A stretch of 64,000 nucleotides of DNA from Eledone cirrhosa (Eukaryota), in NCBI GenBank assembly GCA_964016885.1, contig OZ024742.1, positions 295,306,001-295,370,000 of the forward strand, in the 5' to 3' direction. Positions 54,500 through 64,000 of the stretch are shown piece after piece. The notes under the pieces are model-generated. The model saw only the letters and a program-made list of their open reading frames with translations, was not told the origin of the DNA and made no database searches. The stretch's first letter is position 1. Each line of letters begins with the position of its first letter. A program made the position numbers and the translations under genes.

Positions 54500-57400
54500 C
54501 CCTCCCACCCGCCCCCACGCACCACCATTATTACGTGGACCAATCATAAGTCAGAGGCCCATACTATCGCCTAACTGGTTGCTTTTCGATATGATGGATG
54601 GACTACGGAATTCTGGAGAGTTGAAGAGAGAAAAATGTGGACGCTCAGCGACAATGCCAAAGATAAAGACAAATTCACCTCGTGGACGAGAATGCAAGCA
54701 CTCCGCCTTGTTTCGGCCCAGGATGGCTAACATAACCCCATCCCCCCCGCTCCCACCCTCCAAACGCAATCCCAAACTTCAGAGTTGGTACCATGAATGT
54801 AGGCACCTTAAAGGGTCGCTCTAACGAGGTTGTAGAAATGCTTGAACGTAAGTAGGTCGATGTTTGTTGTATTCAAGAGACCAGATGGAGGGGAGGGTCG
54901 GCTAGATTCATCGTGGGTAAAGAACGATGCTATAAGCTTTTCTGGGTGGGAAATGACAATGGGTTGGGTGGGGTAGGAATCATGGTAGCAGAAAAGTGGG
55001 CAGATAAGATAATAGACGTAAATAGAGTGAACGACAGAATAATTAAAATAAGACTTGTCCTCAATAAAACTACGGTGACAGTAATATCTGCGTACGCACC
55101 ACAATCCGGACTGCCCGGTGCTATAAAAGACAGATTCTACGAGACACCGATGCTCGCTACCTCCCAAATAACCGACAGTGACTATATAGTTATTGCAGGC
55201 GACCTAAATGGTCACGTTGGACAGTATTGTGACGGCTATGACGGAATCCATGGAGGCTATGGGTTCGGTACTAGAAATGAGGAAGGCTCCAGAATCCTGG
55301 AATTCTGCGACGCAAATAACTTAACTATCTGTAACACTAACTTCAAAAAACGAGACAATCACTTGATCACCTATAGATCGGGGGAACACACAAGCCAGGT
55401 AGATTATATCCTTACCAGAAGACGTGACAGAGTGTCTGTTGTTAACACTAAATCCCTCCCCCATGAAGAATTCACCTCCCAACATAGACTGATAATTAGC
55501 GACCTCATAGTCAGGACGAGACGTACTAGACAGCGGAAGAGGACTATCCTCAGGAGAAAAATATGGAAGCTAAAGGACCCCATAGCCAGAAATAAATTTC
55601 AAAGCATATTACTTGACGCTTTCGACAGTAAGGAAGAGCAATTAGAGTCGTATAATATAGAGGAACAGTGGGAATTCCTGAGAGCAAACCTGCTGACGGC
55701 GGCAGACGAAGTCTGTGGCTGGAGCAGGCCTGTAGGTAGGAGGAGAGTAACATGGTGGTGGAACAGTAAGGTGGAGGAGTCAATTAAGGCCAAAAAGCAG
55801 GCTTGGAAAGCATGGCGGGATGGGGGAAGTAGAGAAGACTATCAGGTGGCCAGGAGGGAAGCTAGGAGACAAGTGTACTTCGCAAGTAGGGAAGCAGAGG
55901 AAAGAAAGTTCAAGCATGTTCTACAACGTGAGGACCAAAAACGTGAGGTGTTCAGGATTGCCAGGCAATGTGTCAAGGAAAACCGTGATATTGTCGGGGA
56001 GAAGTGTGTGCTTAACGATGGTGGCATACTTGCCATCACCGACGCTGATAAGAAGGTAGCTTGGAAGTGTCACTACGAAAGGCTTCTAAATGAGGAGAAC
56101 AAATGGGAGAAAGACAGTCTCCCCCACATCGACCCAATAGTGGGACCAGCAGTGTTAGTCCAGGGTAGTACAATAAGCAAGGCAATCAAAGATATGAAGA
56201 CGGGTAAGGCGGCTGGTCCTTCGGAAATAGTTGCTGAGATGCTGAAGGCATCTGGCACGGTGGGACACACCATGGTCACCCGGATAGTTAACCAAGTCGT
56301 ACAGAATGGGGTTGTTCCGAAGGACTGGCGTAGCAGCATCATCGTTAACTGCTATAAGGGACAAGGAGATGCCCTAGATAGGAGTAACTATAGAGGCATT
56401 AAATTAATCGACCAGGTCATGAAGGTCACGGAAAAAGTAATAGCGCAACTAATCAGAGAGAGAATTGATCTAGATGAAATGCAGTTCGGATTTGTGTCAG
56501 GCAAAAGTACCACAGACGCTCTTTTCATTGTACGACAACTACAGGAGAAGTACCTAGCTAAAAGTAAACCCCTATACTTAGCTTTCGTCGACTTGGAGAA
56601 AGCCTTCGACAGAGTCCCCCGTTCCATTATCTGGTGGTCTCTTAGAAAACTAGGTGTTGACGAATGGCTTGTGAGAGCTATACAAGCCATGTATAAAGAA
56701 ACAGTCAGTAAGGTTAGAATTAACAACGAATATAGTGAAGAGTTTAGCGTAACAGTTGGTGTCCATCAGGGCTCTGTTCTTAGCCCCCTACTATTTATTA
56801 TTGCCCTTCAGGCTATAACAGAGGAGTTCAAGACCGGCTGCCCATGGGAACTCCTATACGCAGATGATCTAACGCTCATAGCTGAATCAATGACCGAACT
56901 AGAGAAGAAATTCCAAACATGGAAGCACGGCCTAGAATCAAAAGGCCTTAAAATTAACCTGGCTAAGACTAAAGTTCTAGTTTGTAGGAAAGAAAATAAG
57001 GCGGCAGTCCCATCTGGGAAATGGCCATGCTCAGTGTGTAGGAAAGGCGTAGGTAGAAACTCCATTTTATGTCCCAAATGCAAAGTATGGGTGCATAAAA
57101 GATGTAGTGGGATCACAGGTAAGCTAACTAAGAACATAGATTTTACATGTGGCCGGTGCTCTGGTGCAATAAGTAGCAGCAAGTGCCCACAAAATACTAG
57201 CTCCTTCAACTGCGCAGAGGGTTCTATAGAAATAGTGGACAGCTTCCGTTACCTGGGTGACAAAATCAGCAGTGGGGGAGGGTGCTCTGAAAGTACAGTA
57301 GCTAGAGTCAGAACTGGATGGAAAAAGTTCAGAGAGCTTATACCACTATTAGCCGCTAGAGGGTTCTCCCTAAAAATGAAAGGCAGGTTATACGATGCCT

Positions 57401-58281
57401 GCATACGAACAGCAATGCTGCATGGCAGTGAGACCTGGGCATTGTGTGCAGAGGATATACGCAGACTAGAGAGGAACGAAGCTTGCATGCTCCGCTGGAT
57501 GTGCAATAGTAATATACGTGAACGGCAAAGCATAAACGAACTAAGGAAAAAAATTAGAAATAAGAGGGATCAGATGTTGTTTACTCGAGAGAAGGCTACG
57601 TTGGTACGGTCACGTGATGCGCATGAAAGACGACAGCTGTATAACAAAGTGCAGGGCAATAAAGATAGACGGTAGCCACGGAGTAGGCTGACCCAGAAAA
57701 ACATGGGACGAGCTGATAAATTCCGACCTCACACGCTTACACCTCTCCAAGACAATGTCACTGGAAGAAGACCCGCCTTACCTAAATACAAAGTAAAAAC
57801 CTACTACAGTCAGTAGGCATCTCTATCAAAACACCCCCCCGTCCCACCACCTCCACCCCACCCCTTTCAATGTACAGTTATGTTGGTCCCACAACATCCA
57901 GGCCGAAACAAATGAGATCGTGTAGGTGTCACGACAAAAAACACACAGTCCACGCTGTAAATGTGGCCGTGTAGGCAACACGGTAAAAACCTCCCAGCCC
58001 CACACTGTAAATGTGGTTGGTGTTAGGAAGGGCATCCAGCTGTAGAAAACCCGCCAGACAGTCCACGCTGTAATGTGGCCGTGTAGGCAACACGGTAAAA
58101 ACCTCCCAGCCCCACACTGTAAATGTGGTTGGTGTTAGGAAGGGCATCCAACTGTAGAAAACCCGCCAGACAGTCCTATGCGAGCAAGACAACCACTCTT
58201 GCCTCAAGTGGGAAAACCCCACGTCCAAACCCATGCAAGCGTGGAACACGGACGCTAAACCTGATGATGATGATGATGATG
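54500..58281 (+). mobile_element. Near-full-length RTE-clade LINE (APE endonuclease + RT + PHD-like finger), inactivated
   Basis: GTMNVGTL, IQET, GDLNGHVG, VDYIL and SQHRL APE motifs; YADD RT. Stop at 54853, frameshifts near 54750 and 57550; (GAT)n tail. Confidence 0.96.
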
Positions 58282-58314
58282 ATATATAATATATATAATA
58301 TATATATATAATAT

Positions 58315-58371
<57 letters not shown>

Positions 58372-58462
58372 TATATATATATAATATATATATATATAAG
58401 AGTATCGGAGTATCGCTAAAAAGCTTTCTCCGATATTGTATTTATTTATTATATATATCTAT

Positions 58463-59374
58463 CTAAGGCGGGTAAAATTCCCGAGATCCATGGACGAATT
58501 CTCTCCAGCGGTCTCTGTCCCTCATTATCGCTGCCATATCCTGCATCTCCAACAGACCAGTGTCTGTCCTTAGGGCATCAACATATGTTAACCTTGGTCT
58601 TCCTCTTCTAGTGTGTCCATGTAGGGGCTCCCAAAGGAGCACTGAGTGCAATGTCAACTCTGGATGTCGGTGAGCATGTCCAGCCAACCTCAGTCTCCTC
58701 TGTGTCACTTTTGAGCTGACTCTTGGGATGCTCCCATACAGCTCTGAGTTTTTCATCCTCAGTGTATACTGATTAATGTTCAGAGCCATCCTCAACATTC
58801 TCGTGTAGCACCCATCCACCATCTGAGTGAGTTTCTTGGTCAGTGTCCAAGTCTCAGACCCATACAGCAGCACAGACTCCACTACAGCAATGAAGATGCG
58901 GATTTTCAGGTCTCTACGAAGGTCCGACTTCCACACCGATCTCAAGCTGTGGCACGCCGCCCAGGCCTTGCTCTTCCTCTCAACCACATCATCCTCCGTA
59001 TTCCCAATCTTTGCTCCCAAATACAGGAAGTCCTCAACCAATTCCAGCGGCTTCCCGCCTACATTAGTGATCCCCTCTGGCTTCTCAACATTCTCTACCA
59101 GATATTTTGTTTTAGTCTCACACTCATCGACACAGTCTCAACCTCCCGCATCAAATCCTCTGCCTCCTTCACTGTATTTGTCACCAAAACTATGTCGTTT
59201 GGCAAATTCAGCATCCGATACTTTTTTCGCCCCAACTCTCCTGCTCTGAGCCGGTGCGACAGTAAAGCCAGAGTCCTGGTGTTTCTCCAGTGCAAGGCAC
59301 ATACAATAGTCCAGTACGATGATAAAAAGGTAGGGAGCCAATGTATCTCCCTGGAGCACTCCAGCCAGTATCTC
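58463..59374 (-). mobile_element. Second RTE-like LINE family, 3' fragment with frameshifts
   Basis: GVLQGDTLAPYLF, FLYLG, LLYGSETW, RLRLAGH and RGRP motifs; flanked by (TA)n. Confidence 0.88.
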
Positions 59375-59424
59375 AATTATATATATAATATATATATATA
59401 GTATATATATAATATATATATAAT

Positions 59425-59479
<55 letters not shown>

Positions 59480-59765
59480 ATATATATATATAATTATATA
59501 GAAATAATAATAATAAATTTGAAGGCTAAAATCCAAAGAGGGCTCGATAAGGTTAAATATATATAAACTTTAATCTGTTATTTTAATAAATATAGGCACC
59601 AGTTTTACGTCTGTAAGTATAGATTTAATATTTAAAATTCTCTAGATCGATACAGACGGACTATATGTACTTGAATTAAGGTATTTCTATCTGGCTAAAA
59701 AATTATTGTCATTTTGCAAAAAAAACACAGTAGTGTTGATGATATATTTTTTAATTTTTAAATTG

Positions 59766-59802
<37 letters not shown>

Positions 59803-59846
59803 AAGTTAAATAAAAGTCAAATGATTAAAATTTAGCTTCGTTTATT

Positions 59847-59901
59847 ACTGCTATATATATTTCAGTGAGAGCCATCTTTGGCTGTGACCTCTTCAGGCAG
59901 T
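59847..59901 (-). ncRNA. Hammerhead motif, mirror copy with compensatory stem I
   Basis: actgc CTGAAGA ggtcacagcca aaga tggctctcact GAAA tatata TA gcagt. Confidence 0.8.
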
Positions 59902-60015
59902 TTGAATTAGTATGGTATAGACAAGTACATATGTTGTTTAGGTGTATAATATTGTCAATACTCTGATATGCCCAGTTCCTTGCTGGGTTGTTAATTCACT
60001 GAGGAACTAATTCAA

Positions 60016-60070
60016 ACTGTCTGAAGAGGTCCCAGCCAAAGATGGCTGTCACTGAAATATATATAACAGT
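60016..60070 (+). ncRNA. Minimal type-I hammerhead ribozyme motif
   Basis: actgt CTGAAGA ggtcccagcca aaga tggctgtcact GAAA tatata TA acagt. Confidence 0.8.
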
Positions 60071-60211
60071 AATAAACGAAGCTAAATTTTAATCTTTTGA
60101 CTTTTATTTAACTTTATTTTACACTACTCCGGAGTAACCAAACCAACCTGGGCACTTCGTCGAGTGCTCCAGCCTGCATACTGAGGTGTTGGTATACAAC
60201 CAACATAAACT

Positions 60212-60290
<79 letters not shown>

Positions 60291-60297
<7 letters not shown>

Positions 60298-62238
60298 TAA
60301 AATAACAGATTAAAGTTTAAGCGAAGAATCGCTGCTTTCACCCTTAACGGGATCTTCTGAAACTAACAAAGTCAATCTGTAAACGCAGAAGTGGATATTT
60401 CAAAAAACGTTGCAACCGGAGGAAGACAGGAAGACGATACTTTGGTTCGTGGACACGTTCCCTGGCAAAGAACGGGAAAAAACGAATATAATACGTCATT
60501 AATAGGAGCGGTGAAAAACAATTACACGCAAAGACAGAACCACGTTTATGGTATAAAAGAAGTCGTAGACTAATGTTCTCTTAGGTGGTTCATAGAGACG
60601 TTCTCTGGCAATAAACTGAAAAAACGAAGATAATTCGTCATATGTGGAGCATGGATAACAATTGCAAGCAAAGACAAAACCACGTAAATGGTATAACTGA
60701 AGTCGTAGACAAGAATTTTAACTAGGAAACCGAATGAATCTCCGCTTCAGAGTTAAGAATAAAGTAAATAAATACAATACAGAGGTAATAGAAATTAAAT
60801 AAATGCATACACGCATGCAAATACGTACATACACAAGCATACGCAAAACACTTGCCATAGGTATACAAAACCACGCACATATAAATATGTGTGTGTGTGT
60901 GTGCGTGTATACAAATAAATAAATAATTAAATAAACGTATATAAATAAATAAATACGTATATAACAAACGCACACACATACCTACATGTAAATACACAAA
61001 TGTTCGGAGACGTAAGTCAACCAAAACATGAAGTACACATATACACACACCCTACATACGTACGAACCTGCATACTCACGCAGACGCAAAACTCCCGTAT
61101 ACACATAACCAAACCATATGTACCAGAATATATAGAAAATTCATACGCCATAACATAATCAATCAAATATACGTATGAGAAAGTATACGTACCTTAAAAA
61201 AACATACAGGTAATATATACTTACCTATGCAAATAAGTAATGGTATAAACAAACATATACTTAGCTACCACATCAAGACGTAAAATATCCACGTATATAT
61301 CGTACTATCCGTTAGGGTATAATGTGGGGCTGTAATACAGGAAAGTTTTGTGAAATTTATGTTTACAAGCCGAAATTGCCTCCGATTTTTTGTTTAAAAT
61401 ATGGTCTGTTGCGTAGAGTATTTCCAGGGCCTCAGCGGCGCAGAGGTCACATGGTCTTTTATTTCTGTTATACGATCTAGCCCTAGATAGGATCTCCCAG
61501 TGTAACTTAAATTGGGTGTGGTTATTTTTTAGACTCCAGATATAAGCTGAAAGTGACGTCATATTCCTTCTTAGAGGGTAACGAAAAGAATGGGTATGCA
61601 TGTAAAGACGCTGCTTGAATCTATTGGCAGTTAACCCTATGTAGGCCCTACGGGACGTGGGTGTTTCAACCTTACATTTGTAGACAATGTTACTAGAGAG
61701 GCATTTCCCGGATAGGGGGCAATCAACCCGATTCCTACAATTACAGTTAGTACTAACTACAGGGTTGCACGTGTTCCTACGGCTAGGTAGTTTAGCTAAA
61801 TTTGAAGCTGTGATGTTATGTGCAAGGTTAGGAGTCGTAGAGTAAGAAATTTTAATAGAATTTCTATTAAAAAATTTTACTATATTTATGTGTAGGGGGA
61901 AACTGCTTCGTAATAAGGGAAAGAAAGATCTTAGCTAATGGTGTGGCCACTCCATATTATATGGTGGGTTATACCAACAAATGCGACGGGATCTATTTCT
62001 TCTAGGTCTATTTTCGTACTCTGTATATGCTACCTTATCGACAAATCCACTCCGAGCAAGAGCTTCATTGTAATATGTGGAATGGTCGTTGAAAATATGC
62101 TCGTTAGTAGATAGACGGGAAAGCCTCAACGAAACGTTTCTTACCAGGTTCTTGGTTATGCTGGCAGGATGGTTGGAATGCTTACTTATGTAATTAAGCG
62201 TATCATTCGGCTTTCTATACGGGTAATACAACCCATAT
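60291..62238 (-). mobile_element. Penelope-like element B copy 2, 5'-truncated and frameshifted
   Basis: YYPYRKPN...SNHP...WYNPPYN, then CNC...CPLSGKCL and GIY-YIG ending at 61305; 3' UTR shared with copy 1. Confidence 0.92.
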
Positions 62239-62283
62239 TATATATATATTATATATATATATATATTATATATATATATATAT

Positions 62284-62316
<33 letters not shown>

Positions 62317-62416
62317 ATATTATATTATATATATATATATATTATATATATATTATATATTATATTATATATATTATATTATATATATTATATTATATAT
62401 ATTATATTATATATAT

Positions 62417-62498
<82 letters not shown>

Positions 62499-62622
62499 TA
62501 TATATATATAATATATATATATATATATAATATATATATATATATATAATATATATATATATATATAATATATATTTATATATATATTATATATTATATT
62601 ATATATATTATATTATATATAT

Positions 62623-62660
<38 letters not shown>

Positions 62661-62730
62661 TTTATATATATATATATAATATATATATATATATATAATA
62701 TATATTTATATATATATATATATAATATAT

Positions 62731-62764
<34 letters not shown>

Positions 62765-62939
62765 ATATATATATAATATATATATATATATAATATATTA
62801 TATATATAATATATATATATAATATATATATATATATTATATATATATATAATATCTATATATATATATAATATATATATATAATATATATTATATATAT
62901 AATATATATATATATATTATATATATATATAATATATAT

Positions 62940-62973
<34 letters not shown>

Positions 62974-62994
62974 ATATATATATATATATATAAT

Positions 62995-63053
<59 letters not shown>

Positions 63054-63076
63054 ATATATTTATATATATATTTATA

Positions 63077-63110
<34 letters not shown>

Positions 63111-63177
63111 ATATATATATATATAATATATATATAATATATATATATAATAATATATATATATATATATATATATA
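62239..63177. repeat. (TA)n-rich tract
   Basis: Direct inspection. Confidence 0.95.
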
Positions 63178-64000
63178 CAGGGTGCGGACGATATTTGTTC
63201 GCAAGATTACTGTCTAGCAAAAAATAACACAGTAGTTTTATTTTTTAAGATATATTTATCAAACTTGGGTCAGTTTGTCTTCATGACTTGTTCTCTCGAT
63301 CTCACTCGATAAACCCACCATTGACTTTGATGACGGCCTCAAGGCGGCCTCGGAACCGGCTACAGGCCTTCATCACTGTCCTCCGACTTAGGCCCCTAAA
63401 GGCACTTGTGATCCTGGCCTTCAGATCGTGTTTCGTATTGCAGCTAGATCTGTTGGTGTCTAGTTCCACTGCGCACCACACAAAGAAGTTGAGGGGGTTG
63501 CTGTCAGGCGAGCTGGGAGGCCAGATGTCAGGTGAAGTGTGGTTGACAAAGTTCTCTGACAGCCAGGCTTGGGTCTTTTGGATGGTATGGCAGGGCGCTG
63601 AGTCTTATTGCCACTACCTCGCTCAGAACGCGGATGTAGCCATCGGTGTTCAGCTTGAGGCCCTCAGGGAAGAAGTGAGATGGCATGATGTCACCTTGAC
63701 TGCTGTGGACACCTAAGACCAATGTTGTTGCTGGAAACTTTGTCTGCATGTCTCTGGGCATGTCTTTGGATGAGACAGCGAGCCACCTGTTGTTCTGGGA
63801 GTTGATCTTCTGGTCTTGGCAGAAGTTTTTCTCGTCGGAGAAAAACCACCGCATGTCTGGCTCCAGTGTGGGTTTCAACTTGTTGATCAGCTTCTTTGCG
63901 TGCTTCAGTCGATTTTCTTGCATCGCCTTTGACAGAAATTGTCCTTTCCTCATCTTGTATGAAACTTAGTGAATGTCTTCAAGTACCACCAGCCTAATGA
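63178..64000 (-). mobile_element. Tc1/mariner DD37D (maT-like) transposon, defective, continuing beyond the window
   Basis: TA|CAGGGTG terminus; FFSDEKNF, Q*DSAPCH and WPPSSPDSNPLN with 37-residue spacing. Stop, deletion/frameshift and third D changed to N. Confidence 0.88.

Larger units (their letters stand above)
59797..60213 (+). mobile_element. Fold-back element: arms 59797-59911 / 60006-60120, spacer, tail 60121-60213
   Basis: Inverted arms each with a hammerhead; flanked by (TA)n on both sides. Confidence 0.8.

Noticed and set aside
52563-54574. ORFs of 167-284 aa in the tandem array
   Set aside because: Repeat-derived, frames shift between units, and no domain is recognisable.

Overview
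This is AT-rich, repeat-dense animal DNA; a coleoid cephalopod (octopus-like) origin is my inference from the SINE/RTE/Penelope content and the huge (TA)n tracts. The only host gene is a multi-exon cadherin-repeat (Fat/Dachsous-like) gene on the minus strand. Seven internal exons between 38412 and 4675 splice in frame (817 codons), one through a GC-AG intron, and both gene ends lie outside what I can identify. The rest is intronic or intergenic repeat: RTE-clade LINEs with a PHD-like finger, several Penelope-like elements (PLEs; RT plus C-terminal GIY-YIG), two tRNA-derived SINE families, MITEs, a DD37D Tc1/mariner relic, a 48-bp minisatellite and a ~216-bp modular array fused to the 5' end of a near-full-length RTE. 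The most interesting signal is a set of small non-coding fold-back elements in (TA)n. They carry minimal type-I hammerhead ribozyme motifs on both strands, with palindromic stem III and paired base changes between arms, plus a shared ACTC...GAGT(R)C tail motif across otherwise unrelated families. All structures were read by eye; none was computed.
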